A stretch of DNA of 64,000 bases from Lachnospiraceae bacterium. Lineage in GTDB: Bacteria > Bacillota_I > Bacilli_A > RFN20 > CAG-826. The stretch lies in contig CAVKAR010000001.1 of the NCBI GenBank assembly GCA_963654425.1, positions 888 to 64,887 on the forward strand, read 5' to 3'. Under the pieces are notes generated by a model. The model saw only the letters and a list, made by a program, of their open reading frames with translations. It ran no database searches and was not told the origin of the DNA. A program made the position numbers and the translations under genes. This document shows, piece after piece, positions 47,167-56,459 of this stretch (within the stretch, counting starts at the first letter, position 1; every line of letters starts with the position of its first letter).

Positions 47167-49154
47167 TGGATTTTTCCCATCCTTTTGAGCTAGTTTCCTC
47201 GTATAAGCCAACGGGTGATCAGCCAACCGCAATCGCGAAAATCCTCGAAGGGATAAGCAAAAAGAAGCAAGTCCAAGTAATCCTTGGGGCAACAGGCACT
47301 GGCAAAACCTTCACTGACGCCAATATCGTCAAAGAGCTTAATAAGCCAACGCTCGTTTTGGTGCACAATAAGACTTTAGCCTCCCAGCTATACGGCGAAT
47401 TCAAAGAGCTTTTCCCAAACAACCGCGTCGAGTATTTTGTGTCCAATTTCGACTTTTATCAGCCTGAGGCATATGTTCCGAAGACTGATACTTATATCGA
47501 GAAAAACGCGATGATGAATGATGAGATTGAGATGATGCGCACAAGCGCCGTCAATTCCATCATCGAAAGAAACGACACCATCGTCGTTGCCTCGGTGGCC
47601 GCGATATACGGTTTGAGCGATCCTGAGGAATATAGAGGCCTCGTTTTCGATATCCATCAAGGAGAAACGCTTGATAGGAAAGCTCTTTTTCAGCGTTTGA
47701 TCGAAGCTCAGTTCAAACGCGACAATATCGATATAGCCCCTGGCTCGTTCAGAGTCCATGGCGACATTATCGATATAGCCCCCATGAGCAGCAACGAATA
47801 TTTCATCCGCTTAGATTGCTTTGGCGATGAAGTAGAGCATATTTCCTCAATCGATAGGATTTCAGGGGAGGTCAAGAACCGTTTCCTCACTTATCCGATA
47901 TATCCTGCCTACGATCACGCTTCGACGAAAAAGAGAATCGAAGAAGCCTGCGTGAGCATTAAGGCGGAGCTAGAAGAACGCCTTAAAATCCTTAAGGGCG
48001 AAGGAAAACTTCTTGAAGCCGAGCGTCTTGAGATGAGGACACGCCAAGACATCGACTCATTGCTCGAATTTGGGCGCTGCCCCGGCATCGAGAACTATTC
48101 TCGCCATATTGATAAACGCGCCCCCGGGCAAAGGCCTTGGACGCTGCTTGACTATTTCCCCAAGGATTTTTTGATGCTCATCGACGAGTCCCACGTCACC
48201 ATTCCTCAAATCCGCGGGATGTTCAATGGCGATCGCTCAAGAAAGCAAACGCTTGTCGATTATGGTTTCCGATTGCCAAGCGCTTTGGACAATAGACCGC
48301 TCAATTTCACCGAATTCGAGTCGCTTATGCCGATGAGCGTAGTCTGCACTTCCGCTACGCCGGGGGAATATGAATTAAATAAGGCAAACCATGAGGTCGC
48401 GGAGCAAATCATTAGACCAACAGGCTTGCTTGACCCAGTGATAGAAGTCAGGAAAGAAGCAGGGCAAGTCGACGATTTGCTATATGAAATCAAAGAGCGA
48501 ATCAAAAAGAACGAACGCGTCATGCTCGTCACTTTGACGATTAAGATGGCCGAAGATCTCACCGCGTATTTAAAGGGTGAAGGGATAAAAGTCACCTATT
48601 TGCACAATGAGACGAAGACCCTTGAAAGAACGGAAATCATCTATCAATTGCGTAAAGGCAAATTCGATGTTCTCGTAGGGATAAATCTGCTTAGGGAAGG
48701 GTTAGACATACCTGAGGTTTCGCTCATCTGCATCCTTGACGCGGATAAAGAAGGCTTCCTTAGAAGCGAAACCTCGCTCATCCAAATAATCGGTCGCGCC
48801 GCAAGAAACGCCAACGGCAAAGTCATCATGTACGCTGACAACATGACCGATTCCATGAAAAAAGCCATCGCTGAAACAAACAGAAGAAGATCTCTTCAAG
48901 AAGCATATAACGAAAAATACGGCATTATACCGACTACCATTGTCAAAGAGATCAGGCCGCCGCTTTCCAATAATGATTCTTTGAATGAATCTTTGATAAA
49001 ATCTCTCCAAGCTCATAGCTCACGCAGCGAGATAGAGAAAAAGATCAAAGAGCTCGAGAAGGAAATGAAACGCGCCGCCAAAGAATTCGACTTTGAGCGG
49101 GCCGCTCAAATCCGCGACGTTATCTTGGAAGCAAAGGCAGGGTTAAGCAAATGA
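47166..49154 (+). CDS. uvrB: Excinuclease ABC subunit B
   Basis: It has GATGTGKTF, DESHVT and a C-terminal UVR domain. No uvrA follows. Confidence 0.95.
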   Translation: MDFSHPFELVSSYKPTGDQPTAIAKILEGISKKKQVQVILGATGTGKTFTDANIVKELNKPTLVLVHNKTLASQLYGEFKELFPNNRVEYFVSNFDFYQPEAYVPKTDTYIEKNAMMNDEIEMMRTSAVNSIIERNDTIVVASVAAIYGLSDPEEYRGLVFDIHQGETLDRKALFQRLIEAQFKRDNIDIAPGSFRVHGDIIDIAPMSSNEYFIRLDCFGDEVEHISSIDRISGEVKNRFLTYPIYPAYDHASTKKRIEEACVSIKAELEERLKILKGEGKLLEAERLEMRTRQDIDSLLEFGRCPGIENYSRHIDKRAPGQRPWTLLDYFPKDFLMLIDESHVTIPQIRGMFNGDRSRKQTLVDYGFRLPSALDNRPLNFTEFESLMPMSVVCTSATPGEYELNKANHEVAEQIIRPTGLLDPVIEVRKEAGQVDDLLYEIKERIKKNERVMLVTLTIKMAEDLTAYLKGEGIKVTYLHNETKTLERTEIIYQLRKGKFDVLVGINLLREGLDIPEVSLICILDADKEGFLRSETSLIQIIGRAARNANGKVIMYADNMTDSMKKAIAETNRRRSLQEAYNEKYGIIPTTIVKEIRPPLSNNDSLNESLIKSLQAHSSRSEIEKKIKELEKEMKRAAKEFDFERAAQIRDVILEAKAGLSK

Positions 49155-49777
49155 AAGAATACGATGTTTATTTATTCGATTTCGACGGGACGCTTGTGGA
49201 TAGCTATCCTTCCTTAGTGGGTGTCTATCAAGAAGGATTTGCCTCGGTTGGCGAGAAAGTAACGGCGGAAGACGCCGCCATTTTTATGCATGAGGCGCTC
49301 GTTGATTCCTGCGCAAGGCGGAATTTATCCTCGGAAGAGACGAGAAAAGTCATCGACCTCATCGATATCGCAATCGACGAACCGAGGAATCTTGACAAAA
49401 TAATCGTGTACGAAGATGCGATTCCCACGATCAAGGAACTTTATAAACGCGGGAAAAAACTCGCAATCGTGAGTGGCAATTCCCCTAAACATATCCGTTT
49501 GGTTCTGGAACGATATTCAATCGCTTCTTGCTTTGACAGTATCATCGGCGCTTCCATAAATCGAAGGCCAAAACCGTACGCCGATCCAATACTTGATGCG
49601 ATTATCCCCTACAAAAACGTCATGAAAAATAAGATTTTGTATATTGGCGATTCCTTGCAAGACCCGCTTACAGCTTCAAATGCCGGGGTTGATGGAATCT
49701 TGCTTGATAGGAAAAATGAATATCTCGAATACAAAAACGAGAGAATCAGATCTCTAAGCGAAGTGCTGAAATATTAA
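49151..49777 (+). CDS. HAD-IA phosphatase (Gph/PGP-like)
   Basis: It has the YLFDFDGTLVDS, VSGNS and GDSLQD motifs. Confidence 0.8.
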   Translation: MKEYDVYLFDFDGTLVDSYPSLVGVYQEGFASVGEKVTAEDAAIFMHEALVDSCARRNLSSEETRKVIDLIDIAIDEPRNLDKIIVYEDAIPTIKELYKRGKKLAIVSGNSPKHIRLVLERYSIASCFDSIIGASINRRPKPYADPILDAIIPYKNVMKNKILYIGDSLQDPLTASNAGVDGILLDRKNEYLEYKNERIRSLSEVLKY

Positions 49778-49894
49778 GCATGCTTTTATTCACGATCCTG
49801 CTTTCTTATGAACACGCATTTTCCCTCGCGCGCGTTGAGGCGCGGGAGCGACTAGGCAAAAGCGGGACAAGGTATTAATATATTGACTATATTT

Positions 49895-51220
49895 ATGTGG
49901 TATGAAGTACTTTATCGCGTCTTGAGCATCGTGAACTATGTCGCGATTGCTTTTTTCGGTTTGCTTTTGCTTGTTCAGATAGTTGAAATCTTCGCTGCCC
50001 TCTTTCATAAGAAAATCAAATATCCAAAATCCGATAAGAAAGCCAGGATCGCTTACCTGATTCCAGCCTGCAATGAAGCTGATGTTATTTTTTCGACCGT
50101 TGAGCATTTGCTTGCGAACCAAGATTATCCAAGAGAGCTATTCGATGTTTATGTCGTCGCGAACAACTGCAAAGACGACACATATGAACTTGCGAAAAAA
50201 GCGGGAGCCATCGTTTTAAGGCTGGATGACCCTGACCCGGCGCACCATATGGCGGCTTATCCGCTTGCTTATGGCGTGGACTATATTTTGGAAAACGACC
50301 CTACAGCCGAGCTCATCATCCATCTTGATGCCGACAATCATATTTGCCGCGATTTTTCCTCTCTTATGAATGACGCTTATCAATCTGGCGTTGATTTTGC
50401 TCGCCCCTATGAAGGCGGCCTCAACGGAACCCAGAATTTCTTTACCAAAGCCTGCGCCTATTTCTATGCTTTCGACTCCCGTTTTGGCGGACGAGGCAAG
50501 GAAGTTTTGCATTTAAGCGCTCACGTAAACGGGGCAGGAGCCATGATGTCCCGGAGGATGCTGCTCGAGACTGGGGGATATGATTGTCACACCATCAGCG
50601 ATGATACCGAGTTTTGCTTCAACCGTATTTTGGAAGGCAGAAAGGCCCATATGGTCGAAGAGGCGGTGGTATATGAAGATATGCCTTCTAGCGGTTCAGT
50701 CACCTCTGGGCGCAATGCGCGCATCGCCAAAGGAAACAAAATCCTTTTCAAAACGAAGACAATCAAGATGCTTCCCTCCTTTTTCAAGACAGGGAATTTT
50801 TCTTTGCTGGAGACCTTCCTTACCTACATTTGGATTTTCGTTGGTGGGCCGATGTTCGTCTGGCTTTTCGCATATTATGCGTATTTCTTCATTTTTGCCG
50901 GCTTTGCGATGAATGGGGCTTTTTCTCTCTCGATGTTCGACGAAGCTTATTTTTCAACCGTTTTATGGAACACCGTTTATTCCTTTATCGGCGTGATCGC
51001 CGTCCTTTATTTCATTTTCGGCGTTGTTCAGGTTTTGATTTTCGCCATCAAGGAATACGATAAATTCGGCGCGAAAAGCAAATGGGAGCTCATTCCGATG
51101 GTTTTTCTTTTCCCGTTATATCTGATTGTTTATGGTTTTTCGATGATGGCTCCTCCGAAAAAGAAGAAGGGCTGGGCCAAAGTTGCGCGTAACGTGCGGG
51201 GTAAGAACGATGGAAAGTAA
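49895..51220 (+). CDS. Membrane-embedded glycosyltransferase family 2 (synthase-like)
   Basis: An N-terminal TM helix precedes the GT-A domain (IPACNEADVI, LDADNH). About 4 C-terminal TM helices follow. The track start at 49883 is a TTG, so the ATG at 49895 is preferred. Confidence 0.7.
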   Translation: MWYEVLYRVLSIVNYVAIAFFGLLLLVQIVEIFAALFHKKIKYPKSDKKARIAYLIPACNEADVIFSTVEHLLANQDYPRELFDVYVVANNCKDDTYELAKKAGAIVLRLDDPDPAHHMAAYPLAYGVDYILENDPTAELIIHLDADNHICRDFSSLMNDAYQSGVDFARPYEGGLNGTQNFFTKACAYFYAFDSRFGGRGKEVLHLSAHVNGAGAMMSRRMLLETGGYDCHTISDDTEFCFNRILEGRKAHMVEEAVVYEDMPSSGSVTSGRNARIAKGNKILFKTKTIKMLPSFFKTGNFSLLETFLTYIWIFVGGPMFVWLFAYYAYFFIFAGFAMNGAFSLSMFDEAYFSTVLWNTVYSFIGVIAVLYFIFGVVQVLIFAIKEYDKFGAKSKWELIPMVFLFPLYLIVYGFSMMAPPKKKKGWAKVARNVRGKNDGK

Positions 51221-52172
51221 GAAAAAATTGAAGGATGAAGACGTCGCTTTGGACGTTGAGGACCTCGTCAAGGTCTATGCGAACGGGAAGACGGCGGTTG
51301 ACCATATTTCCTTTAAGGTCAAACGCGGTTCTTTGTTCGCTTTTCTTGGCGTGAATGGCGCTGGCAAATCAACGACCATTAATATCATTTGCTCTATTTT
51401 GGAGAAGACACAAGGCAAAATCACGGTCGAAGGATACGACCTTGACCATGATAGGCTTGCCATCAAAAACCTCATTGGCGTCGTCTTTCAGAACTCCGTT
51501 TTAGATAGCATGCTGACTGTCTTAGACAATCTGAAAATCAGAACAGCCTTCTATTCGATGCCGAAGAAAGTGGCTGAGCAAAAACTCAATGATATCATCC
51601 GCCTTCTTGATTTGGGCTCGATTCTCAACCAAAAGGTCGGCACTCTCTCGGGCGGCCAGCGCAGAAGGGTTGATATCGCTAGAGCGATCGTGCATGCCCC
51701 GAAATTCCTCATTCTCGATGAGCCAACGACGGGACTTGACCCAAAAACAAGGCAAGTCGTTTGGGGCCTTATCGATAAAATCCGCCATGAAACGGGAATG
51801 ACCGTTTTCCTTACCACCCACTATTTGGAAGAGTCCGATTTAGCGACCTATGTCGTTATCATGAATCATGGCAAAGTCATTGCCGAGGGCACCCCTAACG
51901 AGCTCAAAAACCTTTATAGCCACGATTATTTGATCGTTTATTCCCATAAATCGCCGGAATTGGAGGACAAGCTGAGCAAAGATGGCTATAAGTACCGCTA
52001 CGAAGGCGAAAAGCATATTTATTACATTGAGATAAAGGATACTTCTGAAGCGAAAGCTCTTCTGAAGGATTACGACAATTTGATCTCCGATTGCGAAATC
52101 AAAAAAGGGACGATGGATGACGTCTTCCTTTCCGTGACCGGGGGAGAGGGGTTTGAAAATGAAGAAAAATGA
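51210..52172 (+). CDS. ABC transporter ATP-binding protein (ABC-2/DrrA type)
   Basis: It has GVNGAGKST, LSGGQRRRV and LILDEPTTGLD. The ATG at 51210 overlaps the GT2 stop. Confidence 0.9.
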   Translation: MESKKKLKDEDVALDVEDLVKVYANGKTAVDHISFKVKRGSLFAFLGVNGAGKSTTINIICSILEKTQGKITVEGYDLDHDRLAIKNLIGVVFQNSVLDSMLTVLDNLKIRTAFYSMPKKVAEQKLNDIIRLLDLGSILNQKVGTLSGGQRRRVDIARAIVHAPKFLILDEPTTGLDPKTRQVVWGLIDKIRHETGMTVFLTTHYLEESDLATYVVIMNHGKVIAEGTPNELKNLYSHDYLIVYSHKSPELEDKLSKDGYKYRYEGEKHIYYIEIKDTSEAKALLKDYDNLISDCEIKKGTMDDVFLSVTGGEGFENEEK

Positions 52173-53202
52173 GGCTGAGCGCGCTCTTCCTGAGATTGAG
52201 TTCAAATCGCGGAACATGAATGTGCTGATGACTCTCACAAAGCGTCATCTGAAAATGATTTTCGCCAACCACATCCGCATGATGTACACCCTCATGGTGC
52301 CGGTTGTTATTTTGATCGTCTATATCCTCTTCCTTAGGGACTTGGAGATTTCCACGATCCAAAATGAGCTGAGCAAGAGATTCGGCGGAGTTTCCTTGGA
52401 TTCTGGGCTTTTGTATCACGTTAGCTCCATTGTCGACAATTGGATGATGGCTGGCTTATTGGCTATCTCGATCATAACCATATCCTTGCAAGTGAATTCC
52501 CTTATCGTCGAGGATAAGGAAAACGGCATAAACCGCGATTTCGTCGCCTCTCCAATCAACAAAAACGTCCTCATCGTCTCTTATTTTCTCTACAACTTCA
52601 TCATAACGGCGCTTCTTTCCTTGGCCGTTATGATCATTTGCCTTATCACGATTGGGATTTACGGTGAATTCATGATCGGCTTCAAGGATTTCTTCTTGAT
52701 CCTCGGCATTATGCTTTTTTCGGTTCTTTTATCTACCTTGATCACGACTTTCGTTTGCCTTTTCATCGATACGGAAGGAGTGCTTGCCTCAATCATCGCG
52801 GTCTTTTCCGCCGGAGCGGGTTTCTTGATGGGCGCTTATATGCCGATTTCGATGCTTCCGAAGGGGATACAGTATGTTTGCGCCGTTTTCCCGCTTACTT
52901 ATCCTTGTGCCCTTACTCGCTTCGCTTTCTTGTCTGCCCCTTTATCCAATTTGGAGGCGTATCTTACGGAGAATGCCGCGATTTTGCCAGAAGGCACGAC
53001 GCCTTCTTCCGTCGTTTCTTTGATTGAGACGAACTTCGGCTACCGCATCGATTTCTTCGGCGCTGGGAACATCAATCCAAGCTTGTCATTTGCTGTCACT
53101 GTCGTCTTCATTCTCGTTTTCTTAATCCTGAATATCATTTTCTCTTCGAATTTGGCAAGAATCGAAAAGAAGAGCCCCTTCAAGAGGAAGCAGAAAAAAT
53201 AA
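52159..53202 (+). CDS. ABC-2 type transporter permease
   Basis: It has 6 predicted TM helices. The start overlaps the ATPase stop. GGGGAGAGGGG RBS lies upstream. Confidence 0.75.
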   Translation: MKKNEAERALPEIEFKSRNMNVLMTLTKRHLKMIFANHIRMMYTLMVPVVILIVYILFLRDLEISTIQNELSKRFGGVSLDSGLLYHVSSIVDNWMMAGLLAISIITISLQVNSLIVEDKENGINRDFVASPINKNVLIVSYFLYNFIITALLSLAVMIICLITIGIYGEFMIGFKDFFLILGIMLFSVLLSTLITTFVCLFIDTEGVLASIIAVFSAGAGFLMGAYMPISMLPKGIQYVCAVFPLTYPCALTRFAFLSAPLSNLEAYLTENAAILPEGTTPSSVVSLIETNFGYRIDFFGAGNINPSLSFAVTVVFILVFLILNIIFSSNLARIEKKSPFKRKQKK

Positions 53203-53344
53203 ATTTTGCCTATCTATGAGACGTTTCCCCTCTATCGGTATTTAAAAGCTCAAACGGCACCTTTAGGTGAGTCAAAATAGCGGTTGCTTATGGAACGCGA
53301 TTAGATTAAAGTTATTGGGCGCAAAAAACGCGAGGTTACTTTCG

Positions 53345-53641
53345 ATGCTCAAATGGTATGACATCATATTCATAATCGTCTCACTCATCGTGATCATTTT
53401 GAGCTTGCTTCAAGGCGGAAAGAGCGAAGGTGCTTCTGGTGCGATTACCGGTGGCGGGCTCAACGTTTTCGCCAAAACCAAGGAAAGAGGCAGCGAGAAA
53501 ATCGTCAGTTGGCTCACGTTCGGATTCGGCGTGCTTTTCATTTTCATGGCCTTGCTTATCGTCGTCTTGGGCGGTAGCAGCGGAGGTTCCGATACTTCGA
53601 GCGAAAGCGCTGCCGCGATAATGGTTTTGCCGCTTCTATAA
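53345..53641 (+). CDS. secG: Preprotein translocase subunit SecG with a Ser/Gly-rich C-terminal tail
   Basis: IIVSLIVIILSLLQGGKSEGASGAITGG is the SecG signature. GAGGT RBS lies before the ATG at 53345. Confidence 0.8.
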   Translation: MLKWYDIIFIIVSLIVIILSLLQGGKSEGASGAITGGGLNVFAKTKERGSEKIVSWLTFGFGVLFIFMALLIVVLGGSSGGSDTSSESAAAIMVLPLL

Positions 53642-53660
53642 ATATAGCGAAATAGCAGCA

Positions 53661-53689
53661 AGTCATGAGCGATCATGGCTTTTTATTTT
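53661..53689 (+). terminator. Rho-independent terminator after secG
   Basis: AGTCATGA-gcga-TCATGGCT is followed by TTTTATTTT. Confidence 0.75.
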
Positions 53690-53752
53690 GCGAAATCGCG
53701 CATTCATTAGTGAAGGAGGAAGGCAAGTGTGCTAGCCTTTTGAGTAAATCTT

Positions 53753-54562
53753 ATGACGGTTAAAGAATATGTAGCAAAACGGAAGAGCGAGCTCAAGAAC
53801 GAGCTTCTTTCGTTAACGAAAATTCCGCATTTATGCATCATCCGCGTCGGGAATGACGCGGCAAGCGAAGCTTATGTCCGCGGGAAGAGCAAGGATGCAT
53901 CGGAAGTCGGCTTTGAAAGCGAAGTGATTGTTCTTGATGAGACGACTAGCGAAGCTGATTTGCTTTCCCTTATCAAAGAAAAGAACGCCGATGAGGATGT
54001 TGACGGGATACTTGTTCAATTGCCAGTGCCTAAGCATATCTCCACTAAAGCGATTAATGAAACGATCGCGCCGTATAAGGATGTTGATGGCTTCACCCCT
54101 TCTAGCGAATTCATTCCATGCACCCCAAAGGGCATCGTCGATTATTTGACGGCCGAGGGCTTTGCTTTCTCTAGCAAAAACGCCGTCGTTTTGGGCCGAA
54201 GCCAGATCGTTGGCATGCCGATGGCCAAGCTATTGACCTCGCTTAACTGCAATGTCACCGTCTTGCACAGCAAAACCAGCGATATTGACCGCCGCTTTTA
54301 TCTAAAACACGCCGACTTTGTGGTCTCGGCGATCGGAAAGCTTGGCTATATCGATGAAAGCTACGAATTCAAAGAGGATGCCGTGCTTGTCGATGTTGGC
54401 ATCAACCGCGACGATAGCGGCAAACTGCATGGCGATTTCGCGCCTAATTTGCCCGTTAAGCTTCAAACACCTGTTCCAGGCGGAGTGGGGCTACTCACCC
54501 GTTTAGCGTTACTTGAGAATTTATTGGAGGCAACAAAAAATGGACTTTTACGTAGGAAATGA
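53753..54562 (+). CDS. folD: Bifunctional methylene-THF dehydrogenase/methenyl-THF cyclohydrolase
   Basis: It has VGNDAASEAYVRGK, DGILVQLPVP and PGGVGLLT. Confidence 0.9.
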   Translation: MTVKEYVAKRKSELKNELLSLTKIPHLCIIRVGNDAASEAYVRGKSKDASEVGFESEVIVLDETTSEADLLSLIKEKNADEDVDGILVQLPVPKHISTKAINETIAPYKDVDGFTPSSEFIPCTPKGIVDYLTAEGFAFSSKNAVVLGRSQIVGMPMAKLLTSLNCNVTVLHSKTSDIDRRFYLKHADFVVSAIGKLGYIDESYEFKEDAVLVDVGINRDDSGKLHGDFAPNLPVKLQTPVPGGVGLLTRLALLENLLEATKNGLLRRK

Positions 54563-55148
54563 ATACGTTTATGGCTTAGAGAGAGCCGTCAAGGCGAGCG
54601 GGAACCCGATGAGAGTTAAACTCGATACGAGCCAAGCTAACGAAAAAGACTTTTTGCGCGCAAGCAAACTCGGGACCTGCCAAAACGGCCTAGGCCACGA
54701 TAACTTTCTCAAAGGCATTACGGTTCAACTGGATGTCATTGCCCCCTTATATTGGTGGAAAGAGGCGCAACGTTACCATTGGTTTGATTTCGTGAGCAGC
54801 GAATCGACAATGCACTGCCTTCTCAAATTCGATGTTTCCGCCCAGTGTGTGAGTGAAACCGATCCTCAAATCATTAAGAGGATGGAAGAGCTTATCGCTG
54901 AATATAACGCCATTCCGCAAGACGATGATCACAAAGACGAAATCAAAAGCAAGTGGCGGGTGCTTGTGGCCTCTCTTCCCGAAGGTTTCTGTTTAGGAGC
55001 CACGATGGTCACGAATTATCAGCAACTAAAGACAATGTATATCCAACGTCGCCATCACAAACTAAAAGAATGGCACGTTTTCTGCGATTGGTGCGAAAAA
55101 TTACCGAGCTTCCTCACTTTGACTGGGGCGAAAGAGCTCGCGAAGTAG
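54540..55148 (+). CDS. Divergent ThyX-fold (flavin-dependent thymidylate synthase-like) protein with a degenerate active-site motif
   Basis: [40 protein letters not shown] aligns by eye with ThyX [50 protein letters not shown]…[21 protein letters not shown] aligns with the ARIVLP…NARSLMNFLNLR…E region. GGAGG lies 9 nt before the ATG at 54540. It overlaps folD by 23 nt. Confidence 0.5.
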   Translation: [202 protein letters not shown]

Positions 55149-55224
55149 CTTTTGCCGGTTTTCCTTAATATTCCCTTTGGAAAGAGTGGCCTCAATGCTA
55201 CTCTATTTCCCGAGGAGTTTTTCT

Positions 55225-56400
55225 ATGAAAAAATCAATGGTATATCTACAGAGCGGCGGGCCGACTTCCGTCATCAATTGCTCGTTGCTTGGAGCGATAG
55301 AGGAAGGCAAGAAGCACCTTGATGAGATAGACGTTATTTACGGCTCTCATTATGGGGTAGAAGGACTATTGAACGACGATTTGATAAACCTATCCGAAAT
55401 CAATAATGAAAAATTATCATTGCTGCGTCAGACTCCTGGCGCCGCTCTTGGCTCAAGCCGGCATAAAATCGTGCCTGGGGAAGAAGAAAAAATCCTGAGT
55501 ACGCTTAAAAAGCACAATATCGGCTACCTCTTTGTCAATGGCGGGAACGATTCGATGGACACCTGCGATAAATTAGGCAGCTATTTCGCTTCCAAAGGAG
55601 AGGATATCCGCGTCATCGGCGTCCCTAAGACGATGGACAACGATTTGGTCAATACCGATCATACGCCAGGCTTTGGGAGCTCCGCCAAATATATCATCAA
55701 TACGGTTAAATCCACGATTATCGACGCTTCTTGCTATCGGAACGGCAAAGTCGTGCTCATCGAGGTAATGGGAAGGGACTCAGGATGGAACGCCGCCTCC
55801 GTCGATTTGCTTGAAGAACCATATCGCCCCGACTATATCTATTTCCGCGAGAACCATTTCGACTATAAGAAGTATCTAGAAGAAATAAAAGCCGCTCATG
55901 CGAAGAAAGGTTATTGCGTTTGCGTTGTATCGGAAGGGATAGAGATATCCCACACAAATTCCGCCTCTATTGATGGATTTGGGCACAAAATCCTCGATGG
56001 AGCTACCATCGAATTAGCGAAGAACACCAAAGCTGACACCGGCTTAAGCGTTCGCTCAATCGCTCTATCCATCCCAACTCGCTGCGCGCCCCTACTAGTG
56101 AGCGGCGTTGATCAAAAAGAAGCGTATGAAGTAGGAGCTTTCGCCCTTATCTCGGCCTTAAAAGGCGAGAGCAAGAAAATGGTTGCCATTATCCGCGATT
56201 CTTCTTCTCCTTATCGTTCCCATTACGAGCTTACGCCGGTCAAGGAGGTCGCTAACGGCATCAAACTCGTGCCAAACGAGTTCGTTGTCGATCATAAACG
56301 CATGAGCGACTCATTCCGCTCCTATATGCGTCCGCTTATCGAAGGCGAGCCCGCGCCGACGAAGATGACTGACGGCATCCTTGACAGCGTTAATTTCTAA
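55225..56400 (+). CDS. pfp: 6-phosphofructokinase with PPi-dependent-type signature residues
   Basis: The protein carries GGPTSVIN. GGNDS stands in place of GGDGS, and PKTMDND in place of PGTIDND. GAGGAG RBS lies before the ATG at 55225. Confidence 0.8.
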   Translation: MKKSMVYLQSGGPTSVINCSLLGAIEEGKKHLDEIDVIYGSHYGVEGLLNDDLINLSEINNEKLSLLRQTPGAALGSSRHKIVPGEEEKILSTLKKHNIGYLFVNGGNDSMDTCDKLGSYFASKGEDIRVIGVPKTMDNDLVNTDHTPGFGSSAKYIINTVKSTIIDASCYRNGKVVLIEVMGRDSGWNAASVDLLEEPYRPDYIYFRENHFDYKKYLEEIKAAHAKKGYCVCVVSEGIEISHTNSASIDGFGHKILDGATIELAKNTKADTGLSVRSIALSIPTRCAPLLVSGVDQKEAYEVGAFALISALKGESKKMVAIIRDSSSPYRSHYELTPVKEVANGIKLVPNEFVVDHKRMSDSFRSYMRPLIEGEPAPTKMTDGILDSVNF

Positions 56401-56413
56401 TCAATAGGCAAAC

Positions 56414-56446
56414 AAAAAACCAAGGCAGCGCCTTGGTTTTCTTTTG
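56414..56446. terminator. Bidirectional rho-independent terminator
   Basis: AAAACCAAGG-cagcg-CCTTGGTTTT has A-run and T-run flanks. It lies between convergent genes. Confidence 0.85.
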
Positions 56447-56459
56447 CTTTAGTTGCCGG

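Noticed and set aside
53716-53735. A strong SD-like GAAGGAGGAAGG 30 nt upstream of folD, suggesting an earlier start
   Set aside because: The GTG codons that follow it hit stops within 2-5 codons in both usable frames. The ATG at 53753 gives a normal FolD N-terminus.
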